Shown here: positions 1 to 13,263 of the stretch, piece after piece | How the letters are laid out: the number at the start of each line of letters is the position of its first letter | How positions within the stretch are numbered: the stretch's first letter is position 1 | DNA from: Marsupella aquatica | Lineage: Eukaryota > Plantae > Marchantiophyta | Length of the DNA stretch: 64,000 bases | Direction of reading: 5' to 3' | NCBI GenBank assembly: GCA_973895155.1 | Contig: OZ316898.1 | Coordinates: forward strand, 13,732,330-13,796,329 | Made by a program: the position numbers and the translations under genes | Notes under the pieces: generated by a model | What the model saw: the letters and a program-made list of their open reading frames with translations, nothing else | Told to the model about the DNA's origin: nothing | Databases searched by the model: none

Positions 1-290
1 CAAGTCAATTAAAACCATAAATTTTGTAAAGGAAACCATGAGGCCAACTTAGTGCATTAGATGTGCACATTGATCAAATTTATTTCTCTCTCTCTCATGA
101 GAAAAGAGAGAATTCACTAACGAATGATTGAAAAGGAAAAATTAAACATTTATGAGGGGAGCCAAATACATTCAAAATACTGTCACTAAAATAGAAAGGG
201 GTCCAAAAGTTAAATCAAACTCTAATTGATACAAATGATTCACCTTGTTAAGGTACATCAAAATCAAAATACCGAACACAAAATATGAGT
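1..290. repeat. Diverged dispersed repeat; second copy at ~7815-8110 in the same orientation
   Basis: Shared blocks in the same order: aaaaccataaa, atttctctc..ctcatga, gggg..gccaaa, aaatact, gaa(a)ggggtc.aaaa.ttaa, ccttg.taagg.acat. Confidence 0.6.
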
Positions 291-1290
291 AATAGAAAAC
301 ATGAAAGTTGGATTCACCATATATAGCAACTTCAAAGTTGAAAAACACTCCTTGAAAGAGGCTGTATCTAAAATGAATGCACTCAAACATACAAAGAAAT
401 AAATCATCAGTATCAAAAAATGCACTAAAAAATAAAGAGGAATAAATCACAGTTTTAAGTGTGTAAAAGTAATTCCCTGTAAAATACACTGAGAAAAATG
501 ACAATTTAAGTCAGATTTACGTGTTGCTAAAGAGCAAACTGTAGTCACCGTCCAACCGTCAATTCCACTTCTCAAAAGACATGATGGATCGCGTCCTCCC
601 GCAAAACCTTGAGCCCAAACACCTCTCTCTTTTGTGATGGATCATCAGGCACGCCTCAATTCAGGCGACTCCAGCCTCAGCCCGATCACCATCCCACCCA
701 GGTTGACGATAATAGTGAAGCTCGCTCTCCGCTGGCCGTGAAAACTGAGGTTGATCCACACAAAATGATGTGCTGCAGACTGATGTTGATCGTCCTCACG
801 ATTTGCGGAAATGGGTGAGTGGATGCATTTGTATTGGTGGGCCGGCTTTGGCGGATTTTAAAGGGTTGCTCATAGCCGTGCTTGACTCTGCTGCTGCTGC
901 TGCTGCTGTTGAGAAAGGACAAGACAATAATGGTAGCCAGGGCATTGTAATAATAGATCCGGTCACAACGACAGATGCTATGCGGACACCATGCAGGATT
1001 CAGAAGGGGAGAGGGGCACATCACACCACCATCATGAAAGTATCGCTTGGAATCGGGCTCGGATTCCCTGATTGGGTTTCAGGATTTGAAATTTTTGCAC
1101 GCAATGAGGTGATAGGCGTTTGACGTCATGTTCATGCTTGGATGGTTATGGAGAGACTATCTCTGTAGAGTAGCCACTACTGCCATTGAGGCTATCATTC
1201 TATCCAGAAGGAAATAAGGAAACAAAGACAAGCAAGCAAGGAAATAGAAAGTGTTTTAAAAGGATACGGAAAGCTCTGACTGACTGTGCC

Positions 1291-4200
1291 ATGTCAAGCT
1301 TTAGCAAAATGTTCACCAAGGCTCAGGATGTATCATTGGATCCGAAACGAGCAAAATCACTCCCAACACCCACAAAACAAGGGCAGGCTGGGTCCTCCAG
1401 TGACACACAGAGAAAGGTAGCCTGAATGTCCACCACCCTCATATGGGTTTTGTTTGAATGTGTCATGTGCACTGCCATGATCCAAAACTCGCTCCGACTA
1501 CGTCTGACTCTCGCCCAGGTGATTGATGCCCTACTTAGCTTTCAGTTCAGCAGAGTTCAGGGTATGCCCATGTCACCAAGCACCCACATCATAAGGGAAG
1601 GCAAACCAAAAGAATCTCAAGAGCAAGCCACTGACATTGGATGTCAACATTCCTGTCCAATTGTATTACTTGTGTCCCTTGTCATCAAATTCTTCCCAGC
1701 CTGCTCCCCCTCCCCCCCCCCCCAACCACACCATGACAACAACCTTCCCACCAATTTTCCCTACCAACAGGGTCTGAGGAGAATCCATCAATTAAATCCC
1801 ATTCTATCAATCATCATACATATTAAATTTCCTTGACGCCTGTATCCCTGCTTTGTTTCTTTGCCGTCTATAATTATCTCTTGTCAATGTGAGATTTTGG
1901 GAGTTTTTATTCTAGGGGGAAATGAAAAAGCAGCAAACAATAAGACATGATCCACTTACTATCACTCATTGATTTGGTCCACTCATGACTAATAATGCAT
2001 ACTTGTTTACAATAACCCTTTCATACAAGTTCTGAAGCTTTGGTAATGCAACACAGAAATGGATTGACAACCCAAAGTTCACAGAGTTCAAGCTCGGGGC
2101 AATTTTGGGCACTGGAAGCTTTGGGCGCGTACATTTTGCTCAGCACCAGCCTTCTGGTACAATTTGTGCGACCAAATCGTTGTCAAAGGCCTCTATTTTG
2201 AAAACGAGGCAGGCACGTAATCTCACGCTCAGTCTATTGAGGTTTCCTTTTCATTGAGCCATGTCTCGTCTAATCCTTCACTTTTATAAAACCTAACCTT
2301 GTACTCTTCTTACTAGATTTCATCTTGTCTAAATTTAGGAAAGGAATTGGGGTCCAAAGAATGCAATCATGACTGGGGAGGCATCAAACTCAAAAGCGAC
2401 TCTGCTCATAATTCACCTTGATTTGCTCCAATAATGGTCCAGCTGAGGATCTTAATTGTATGACTAATATTGGTAAGTGTCCTCAGATAGAGCACGTAAA
2501 GCAAGAAAAGGGCATCCTCAAGGACATCGATTTTCCCTTCATTGTGAATCTACTTGGCTACTGCCAAGATTCTACATGTGTCCACCTTGTGCTTGAGTAT
2601 GTATGTGGGTAAGTTTCAACCATTTAATTGTCTCTCAAATTTAGCCGTCACATCCTTAAAGATACAGGACAAAGCCACCATTGTCACAAAGGTCAGCTCA
2701 TTGTTATGAAATTTTAGCTAACCTAACTCATACATTATTCTTGATCTCCATTTACAATTTTCATGCCTTGCTTGATTGACAATGCTCAAGAATGAGCATG
2801 CAATTGACCCGCCATTTGAGTAGACTTTGAAACCGATGATTGATTGGAGGTGTTGAACAACTTATGACAGCTGCATTCTAAACACTTTTGTGTCATGATT
2901 ACATGTGTCACACAGAGGAGAATTCTTCACATATCTGCGCAGCACGGGACGCTTTGACGAGAACACAACTGTCAGACCATTTGCCTTTGTCATTGCCTTC
3001 ACTTGGATTTCTTGATAGTCTAGGAAATGAAATGTGCAGAAGCAAGCACTTGAATTTTACAACAGTACAATAATGGACTTGTTGCTTCTCTTTCTCACCC
3101 TATGCACATTCAGGCTTTAGTTCTAATATGAACAGTGGAACCACTTTTTGCAACATTCACATGTCATGACTAGCCTTGGAGACCACTAGATCACCACGTG
3201 TCTTCCTTGTCAATTTAAGATCAAGATCTCTAATCCTTCAGTTACAGCAAATATTGAGCAAGAATGATAGGTGGTGATAGAACTTTTGTACAATGCTCCA
3301 TTATATAAGCTTTACCTGAGCTGGCTCTCATTCAAGGCAGCCTGAATTTTTGAATCATAAAGATATTGTCTGGAAACTGGGAGTCTTTGAGATTGAAGCC
3401 CCCACCGTATTGGCTGGCAGAGGTTCTATGCAGCCCAAGTTCTCGTGTCGTTCGAGTACATTCACAACATGGATATTATCTACAGAGACTTGAAGGTAAC
3501 ACCAGTAACACCATGTCTCTTGAAACGATAGCCATCATAAGTGAACGGTTCTCCTGAGGTGGAGTAGACATAAGTTTGTGGTGTTATTGTACAAGTACAA
3601 GACATTAGATTTTGCCGATCTCTAATAGTCTGGCTATAAAACGTGTACTCAATTTTCTAAAACTAAAACCGTTACATGTTTGGGAATGCTCACGGAAATG
3701 CTTGAATGAAAATATCATCGCTATATTGGGGTCATGGGGACAGCCAGAGAATATGCTTCTTGATCAAGATGGTAACGTCAAGATTGCCGATTTTGGTTTT
3801 GCCAAGAAGATCGACCGAAGAACGTTCACTCTTTGTGGTAATTACAGCCCGTACTTTAGTTGGACTGTCGAGTCATGCTCTTCTGTATCTAGTCTCCACT
3901 CGGTATACCTCCTTCACACAGAAAGTTGCATATTTGGACAATGCGCTTCATCCAGGTAATTTGTATTACTATTTAAAAAATTAATGTTTTTATTTGACTA
4001 CATGTCTGGGGATGTAGCTCACATGGTAGAGCAATTGCTTTGCATGCAATAGGCACGAGGATCGATACCCCACACCTCCAATGTCCTTAAATTAGTCTAT
4101 TCTATCTATTTTTACCCCCCTCCCAAGAAATATGGTATAAGAAATTCCATCATTCTCCCATGTGTTTCACAATAGAGAGAAGAAAATGAAAATAGTAGAG

Positions 4201-6834
4201 TGGAGTTGGCTTGCACACTGTGACTGCTGCCATCGTAGATTTTGTGAGTCTATCGTTCCTGCTGACCTTCATGGCTTTGATGTGCAAACAGATAATCATG
4301 TACTTTGACTGTGCCATAGTCAGCAAGGAGTCCTGGTAGCGGAAATGGTGGACTCAGTTACCCTTTTTGCTAGCAATTTTTGTACGTGGAAGTGATCACT
4401 CATGATTTTTAATGTGTGGGCAATGCATAACATAGGTACTCCTGATTACTTGGCACCAGAACTCATCCTCAACAAGGGCCATGGGAAGCCAGTTGATTGG
4501 TAAGTTGATCAAAAATTGACTGGTTGAATGTGGGCAGTGTAGCTTCTAGCATGAGGAAAGTTGGGTCACTCTATTTTGAGTCTGTGACATCTGAAACATA
4601 GCTAAGGCTGTACTTGAGAGCATGAGTTTCTTACCTCACCAGTCACAATGCATCACACTAAGTGAGATCTTACAAAACACTAGCTTGTATACCAATAAAT
4701 AAGGGCCGCCCACATAGAGTAATGGGATGTCCTTATTAGTTAGAATAGGTCATCATGAATAATTGAAGTACTTGTTGTAAAGTATTCAAATATCTATTGT
4801 CTGTAGTGTTGATTGCTTCCTGTGTTCATTGCTTCCTTTATCGGTTTCCAAGACTATGCATGGCAAATGATTATGGTTCTAGTCAAGACTGATCAACTAC
4901 CAGCTAATTTGTTTGTGATCTTAATTCTTACCACAATGCACAAAATGATCAACCTGAAGAATTGAACGGATATAACTGTTGCTCTGTCACTTGTCCACAA
5001 AAGAAAAGATTTTAAGGACATTGCTGTCAAGTTTTCTTAGTTTTTGTGCACTACTTTAAATGAATGACCCAGCCTGAGTGAGCCAATGTTCTTCTGATCA
5101 GCAATCAAATTTGGACATATTCTTTTGTTACTTGATGTATAATCCACGTTTATGAATCTTGACTTTTGCAGGTGGGCATTTGGTGTCCTGGTCTTTGAGA
5201 TGCTAGCCGGCTATCCTCCCTTCTATGACGATGGTCAGTGAGTCAGGTTTCATTTGAATGGTGAATCTTGGAGTATCCTGTTACAGATTTAAGATCGAAT
5301 TGCTCTACTGCCCACATTGTTGCTAATAGTTTCCATCATCATTGTAGGCAAGTGAATTGATTTATAGGGGGGGGGGGGGGGGGGGGGGGCTGATTGTAAC
5401 TCGTTCCTTGCATTGAATTTCCGCTTAAACTTGGCATTGCAGATTCCAAATAGTAGTTATTTATCCAGGATTGTATTTTCAGATCCCGCTCAAACGTACA
5501 AGAAAATCTTGGCTGGGCGAGTGAACTTCCCTGGACACTTCTCTCGGAGGTAAAAAGCTTCATTGATGCAACAGAGAAGTTTTTGAATAATTAATTAGGG
5601 CTATTACCTGGTCCAGGTTATGAAATGGCTCAACGTGTTACAAAGTCAAGCAGAATTTATTCAACATAATGTAATTAAATCCTGAGATGAAACTTGGGCC
5701 TTCAATCACCCATACCTGTAATAGCCTTCCAATCAGTTGGCTGAGAATTGAACATGGACTATGGAATCAAGTTCCTTATAAGCAAGCCTAAAAGTCAGCG
5801 ATGCTAATACAATTCTAGGAACCCTTTGATCCAACTAGAATCCTGATCTACTTCTAATATATGGCTTGCATTCTGAATTTAGTTGCATTGGTTGTAAGAC
5901 ATTGTCTTAGTAATATCACAGCCCAGAAAAACACAGCAGTTCACATTGTACATGTTTACTATTGTTGACTTCTCTAGCGCAAAGGACTTGATCAGGCAGC
6001 TCTTGGTGGCCGACCTCACTAAACGGTGCGTCACTCTCCCTGATCAATATTATGTCGGAAAGACTAACAAATCTTCCTTTCTGTTCTTTAAAAAGAACTG
6101 AAAATTTGAACCTTCATAATTGACAGTGTCCAGTATATATGCATTCACCCATTATTCAATGTCTAGGGATAGTGAGCTAAAACAAAGAGATATTGACTTT
6201 GACAGATATACCTGAATAAATTGTGCTCGGCAATTATCGTACATGCATGGAAACTGCATATTAAACATAATCAGGCTCTGAAAAGCTATGGCGAAAGAAG
6301 CTTATAGTATATATCTCAATCTTAAGATGACTCTAAAATCGAGCCATTTGCCTAGATTAAATAAATAACGTCATTGTTAACTCAGCAAACTTCTGCTTGA
6401 GTCAGAATTTTTTACAACAAGTATATAGCATGGAACAAGCATCCCAAGAAGTAAATGGTTTGTGCAGGATTGGATGTCTGAAGGATGGAGTGAAAGATAT
6501 CAAAAATCATGCGTGGTTTTCTGGCACTGATTGGGACGCTGTAGTAAGAAAGAAGGATACACCTCCAATCCGGCCCAAAGTCTCGGTACGGTGTTACATC
6601 TCAACCGTTGAAAATGTATTCTAGTTCTGAATAATATGTGCTTGGCTAGCTTAAACTCGTGCAAGTTACCTCCCGGGAGAAGAGATGGGAGTACTAATTT
6701 TAAGTGTGGGTGCATGTCTGACTCTCCAGGGAGCGGATGATACATCTTGTTTTGACGACTACTCCAAGATGGAACCAATGAAGCACGAATTTGTGCTCTC
6801 TGCTAATGACCAGAAACAATTCGAGGACCTCTGA
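1291..6834 (+). CDS. cAMP-dependent protein kinase (PKA) catalytic subunit-like AGC kinase, 12 coding exons: 1291-1416 (tentative), 2057-2212, 2487-2608, 2916-2970, 3421-3495, 3744-3837, 4436-4499, 5172-5233, 5483-5549, 5978-6025, 6468-6585, 6730-6834
   Basis: Manual splicing gives a continuous kinase with consistent intron phases: [15 protein letters not shown]|[91 protein letters not shown], ending FEDL*. The first exon and start codon are less certain. Confidence 0.92.
4008..4080 (+). tRNA. tRNA-Ala(UGC), intronic, possibly a pseudogene
   Basis: GGGGATGTAGCTCACATGGTAGAGCAATTGCTTTGCATGCAATAGGCACGAGGATCGATACCCCACACCTCCA, 73 nt. It has the G3:U70 Ala identity pair, anticodon TGC at 4041-4043 and a perfect anticodon stem ATTGC/GCAAT. 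There is one A:C mismatch in the acceptor stem and two in the T stem. Confidence 0.8.
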
Positions 6835-7814
6835 GGTTGGGGAGCTACATTCGAACTCTATCTATCCGACCAGTTCATTCAGTTTCCAATCACCAATGGG
6901 GCTAGGAGGCCTGACAGAAATATTGGTAGCTGAAAACGCAAAGAGAATGAGAGAGAGATGTTAACATATCATGGTCGTTACCTTTTAATATTCTTTCCTT
7001 ATGATAGTCATTGGCCATTTCATTTAGTCTCCTCCTGGATTTGGATAGTCTACTGGCCTTAGAGCTTCCACCAACAAATTACAAAATTCTCACATCGCTT
7101 TACTAGTAGGCTCATTGGCGTACTGTAACATATGAGAGATTATTATTATCCTGTTCATCCAGTTCTCAGTGTTCCACTGGATATCCTAATCTCAACCCCA
7201 GAAACTTTGTTTTAGTTTTAAGAACTTCACTGTATCTTGTTGGTGGCGGTTTAGAAGCTAAGGTCTATTAAGACTACAACATTGTTTGATGGTATGCACA
7301 TGCACAAACCATGAAGATTGATGTAATTGTACCACCACAAAATTCATATTCATATTTATTTAGCTGTAACACACCTTAATCTTCAGCAAGTTTTCACATC
7401 CAAATTATCAGGTCAAGCTGAGTGTACGCACATTACATCCGATGGGCTTGTGCCAGAGTGGAGTGGAGTAACTGACATGAAAGTAGTTAAGATGGTCAAC
7501 TCGTCCAATTCCACTCAAATATCATAATGGCTCATTCATAATTGGTATGGTAATTTAGCTGCAAGCCGGAAGTGGATTGAAGAGTCGCCCGATATAGCAT
7601 GCTCATCCTGGAACATGCATGCTTGATTTTTTGTCTTGTAGTGATCTGAAAGTAAATCAAATATTAGAACATAACTAGAAGGAAAAAATAATGTAAGTAA
7701 AGTGTCTGCCAAGAAAAGCACAGTGACCAATGAAAACTACAGTCAAGTTTTATGACACAAGGATGCTACCATTTGTGCACTTAATTCAATGTGATTTATG
7801 AATGACCCTCATTT

Positions 7815-8110
7815 CAATAAAAACCATAAACTTACGAAAGAAAGACATGGGATTGAGGGGAACTTAAGACACAATGTGTTCATGTTATCCAGAATTATTT
7901 CTCTCACTCATGAAAATACTTTGTTCAAGTGGTGGAGCGGTTTCATCTCTAAGAGATCACAAACTTTAAAAGTTATAAGGGGGCTGCCAAAGTAAGTTTA
8001 AAATACTCTAGAATACCTAAAATTGAAGGGGTCTAAAAATTAATTAAAAATGGTTATGATGCAAAGGCTGCCCCTTGGTAAGGCACATTGAAACAAACAT
8101 ACATGACACA
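7815..8110. repeat. Diverged dispersed repeat (copy of 1-290)
   Basis: Same ordered blocks as 1-290. Confidence 0.6.
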
Positions 8111-8300
8111 AAAACTCTGAATGGTGGATTAATCTATTAAACCTACAGATCAGCTGGAATGTTCCATGAGAGCAAGAAGAGGACTAAAATGGCTTTCCAT
8201 TTACCTTGTCAAATGGTCAAATTCCAGAGCAAAGAGTGTCTGTCCATAGGTCTGCAGGGAGAAACAAAGGATAATAGGATTGTTGGGTGAGCTAAGGCTC

Positions 8301-8615
8301 AACTCGCATGTCATTGGTTTTTTCTTTTGTGGCTCTCAAAAGGTGTCATCATAACATTCATTTAGGCTGCCATGCCATAAGCCCCTCATTAGGCAAGCTT
8401 GACAGCAACTCTTGTTCTGACCCAAGGGCAAAGGCAGGTACTTTTTTAGCCCTTGCAGATCCCGACCTTTGGCTAGGGAATAAAACAAAAAAATAGACAC
8501 ACCACCTGTTGTCAATGGCCATTGTTGGCAAGTAGGGAAGCAGATTGTGACAGATTATGTTAGCTACTATTCCCAAAAGTATCAGCGTTGCATTCTTCAC
8601 ATGCAAGTTGGCTCT
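8301..8615. repeat. Repeat family A; inverted copy at 10634-10898
   Basis: cattcatttaggctgccatgccataagcccctc and cattcttcacatgcaagttggctct are reverse complements of gaggggcttatggcatggcagcctaaatgaatg and agagccaacttgcatctgaagaatg. Confidence 0.85.
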
Positions 8616-8806
8616 AAATGTCCCAGTAAGAACCTATGGTGACAAGTGAAATGGCAGCATATGAACCCAGCAAATCAAAATACAGAATGAAAATGATAAA
8701 CGGTTTGAATGATAAACCTGTAATAAGGATACACTTTTCACCCTGCCTGGCCATGACCTGCATATTAAACATTGATTTCCAGACAAGAAAACATTGGTTC
8801 CATTGA

Positions 8807-10616
8807 TTTTTTTTTTCAAAAGAAGGGGAACCACGAAAAACGGCAGCCCCGGGGACAAAGGCCACACAGGGACACAACACCGCGGCCCATGGCAAAACAA
8901 CGGCCAAGACACCACCACCACCAGGGGAATTAGTTCATGGACCCCTTGGCTAATAAAATCAGGGGGAAGAGTCAATCCGTCTCCATTTCTTATCTCCAGA
9001 AATCTCGTCCGTCCATCATAATGGCCAATCTATGGCTCAAAAGAAAGATCTCAAATAGATCTATGGATGGGTTCTGTCCGTTTTGCAAATGGGTTAATAT
9101 TTTTCAAATGAAAAATTAAACAAATCCAAGCCTTCCTAGCCGTTGATTTTGTTGATTTTACGATCTTTGCCGTCCATTTTGTAATGCCTCTAGAAATCTT
9201 ATTCATCCATGTTAGAAGGCAATCTAGGGTGCAAAAGAAAGGTCTCAATGCGATCTACGTCTGGGTATTTTTTGTTTTGAGAATGAGTAAATAGTTTTGA
9301 GTATAAAATTCGATAAACTTTCAAGATTCCAACCATTCCTCCTCCCCGATCCTGGGTTTCTATGTGCTCTTCCCAGCATTAATGGCCATACAATACGAGA
9401 GGTCCTTACATACCGAGAGTTGCGGTTTGACAAGAAAGTTATCAAGTTAGTTATTAGTCATTATTTATTATATGAAAAATACTTTTTCTAAATCTTTGAA
9501 TTTAAGTTTTAAAATTGGAAATGTAACTAAAACGGTTACATAGTGACAGTTTTAACCGTCTTGCTCTTTGCATTTCCAAAGTTTTTACTTTTTTTTACGG
9601 TACGGCGTCCCAAAATTTACACCCAAATTGACACAAACACGAATGAAAACTATAAGTTTGATTCTCAAAACCGACGAGTCTTGTTTGTTGCGGTTGTTGT
9701 TGACGTGGCACGCTGTGGTGCCAGGAATTTTGGAAGGGACCTCTAGTGGGGTCCGGAACAAAAAGCCAAAAGGACCTAGTTGGGCCACGGGGTCCTGTGA
9801 CTCCACCCGACGGTGTCAACATCCAAATACCAGGGTTCCTGTGTAGTTCTACATGAGCTGCCACCTTTCCTGTAGCTATTCGTAATCCTCTCTCTACTCA
9901 AAGTACTATTGTGTGTAGGGCTCCTGAATTGACTCCTCCACCAAAGCTTGTCATCAGTGTAGTCCTGGGGCTCACTTGCCTGCATAGGGTTGAGCCCCAA
10001 GAGAAGATCCTTGTTATGTGTCTATGTCTTCATCACTGGTGGAACAAAAGGAAACAGGAGTTTCAGTTCTCTCCCAGGGTTGAAGAACCACCTGCAATTG
10101 ATCAATGGTTGTTCTGAGCTGTCTAGTTTTCTTGGTGGACCGACATAGATCCAGCATGGCACACAAGTGTTTTTCCGTGAATCGAAGCACCACCCAAGTG
10201 GGGAGACGCCCAAGAAATTGCGAGTACATCGCAGCGTTCCGTTCTCTCCAAATGCTGTTGCACATTTCAGTCAGGAGAATAACTGGCCCGGGATTTCTCT
10301 TCTGTATACGGATAGCAGTGCAAATAGCTGCATACAAGGAGTTGTGGCAAGTGGGGAAAGCGGATAAACCGTGGGTCAACTGTTGAACATCTCTCCATCT
10401 ATCCTTCACTTAGCTGCAGCTGTAGAATAAATGTTCGGTATGCTCAAAACTGAGTTGGCAGCGGGTGCACAAACCATTGCAGACCTTCCAATGACTTCCC
10501 CGACCGTTGGTGAAGAAGCCGTGATTGAGTAAGCGCCATAGGAAAAACTCTATTATAGAGTTCTTGGAAACTGCATCAATGAAGGGTCCCATGAAGCATA
10601 TACCTCTATTTTCCAA
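8807..10616 (-). mobile_element. 5'-truncated L1-type LINE remnant (zf-RVT C-terminal region, 3' UTR, probable poly-A), interrupted by repeat B
   Basis: 10616-10014 (-) reads FFLWRLLNHGFFTN..CTRC....EHTEHLFYSCS*VKDRW...IWRERN, a zf-RVT pattern with one in-frame stop at 10410-10412. The T10 tract at 8807-8816 is the probable poly-A tail. No TSD was seen. Confidence 0.7.
8965..9215. repeat. Repeat family B; inverted copy at ~11010-11260
   Basis: tatctccagaaatctc, ggctcaaaag, tatttttcaaatgaaaaa and aagccttcct match the reverse complements gagatttctggagata, cttttgagcc, tttttcatttgaaaaata and aggaaggctt. Confidence 0.75.
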
Positions 10617-10633
10617 CTAGATTGCAGACAATA

Positions 10634-10898
10634 AGAGCCAACTTGCATCTGAAGAATGTGGCTCTTACAAAATTTGCTTCCCTACTTCTTGATGAGGCCA
10701 GAGTTGACAACAGGTGTAGTGGCTTTCTTGTTTTATTCCCCAGCCAAATATCAAGACCTCCAAGGGCTAGAAAGCTTCAGCCCTTTACCCTTGGGTCAGC
10801 ACAGGCCTGCGAAAGAGGGGCTTATGGCATGGCAGCCTAAATGAATGGCATCTTTCACTTTTGGGGCCACAAAAGAAAAGGCAGATCACATGCGAGTT
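10634..10898. repeat. Repeat family A, inverted copy of 8301-8615
   Basis: See 8301-8615. The ORF track shows the shared EGLMAWQPK* on opposite strands. Confidence 0.85.
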
Positions 10899-11009
10899 AG
10901 GCCTAGAGTACATGGAGTGAGCAATGACTTCACTTTACACTCCCCCACTCTGATTTAATTTTTGAAATGGAATACTCATTTTTGAAATGGAAAATACCAT
11001 GCCGTAGAC

Positions 11010-11260
11010 CAACAAGATTTTAGGAGTGGTACAAATCAGCGACAAATATTACAGAAGTGACAAATTCATTGGCAAGGAAGGCTTAGATATGGTTTATTTT
11101 TCATTTGAAAAATAATTGAACCAGTTTCAAAATGGAAAAAACCTCATCTGTTTTGAAAATGGAAAAAGCCTAATCTCCCTTTTGAGCCAGAGATAGCCAC
11201 TAATGTGGACCGATGAGATTTCTGGAGATAAAAGACAGACGGCTCAGATCTGTTCTTCTC
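11010..11260. repeat. Repeat family B, inverted copy of 8965-9215
   Basis: See 8965-9215. Confidence 0.75.
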
Positions 11261-11583
11261 CCGGGAACTCAAATTCTGAATTAGACCAATGAAATTGTAC
11301 AGTAAGTTTTTCCGGATTTTCTGATGAAACTGTTAAACAATTTGCTCACTTCTTTTACGTTTGTCCACTTGGACCCTCTTTTGTCTTTTGTACTCTATTT
11401 GGTACGTTTCTGTAAAAAGTTTGTATATTCCCCCGTTAAACAATTTCGTTCACTTGTTATTGAGAGGATCAGGATGTACATTCTGAGCCGTCGATTGCAC
11501 CTAACGGTGGACGAGAGATGAAGGTGCGAGCAGACATCCGATGGTTCAGGGGGGGCGCCCACTACGCGTCGCAAAGGTGAAGC

Positions 11584-11625
11584 CATACGAGACTGTTTCG
11601 TATGAGGACTCCGCGTAACGCGGAG
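11584..11625. promoter_or_regulatory. Two adjacent palindromes upstream of polyubiquitin 1; the second contains two CGCG boxes
   Basis: CATACGA-gactgtt-TCGTATG (11584-11604) and CTCCGCGT-a-ACGCGGAG (11609-11625). Confidence 0.4.
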
Positions 11626-11811
11626 CCACTTGTACCGTGATTTTGGTTCAGAGCTCCGACGCACAAGACGAGTCATTCTGTCTTCGTTCTTCGTCTTCTT
11701 TACGAGTTGGGCTTCCGGTGGGAGCTCTGAATTGAGGAGACCGCGGTGTGGTGTGGTGTGGTGTGGTGTGGTGGGGATCGTGTGCTGCGTAAATAATAAT
11801 TGGGTGGGTGA

Positions 11812-13263
<1,452 letters not shown>

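Noticed and set aside
609-1123. ORFs upstream of the kinase
   Set aside because: They have no recognisable domain and no supported splice path; probably 5' UTR or promoter.
5367-5389. Poly-G tract (and poly-C at ~1705-1723) in kinase introns as G-quadruplex elements
   Set aside because: These are simple homopolymers with no evidence of function, and their length is unreliable in assemblies.
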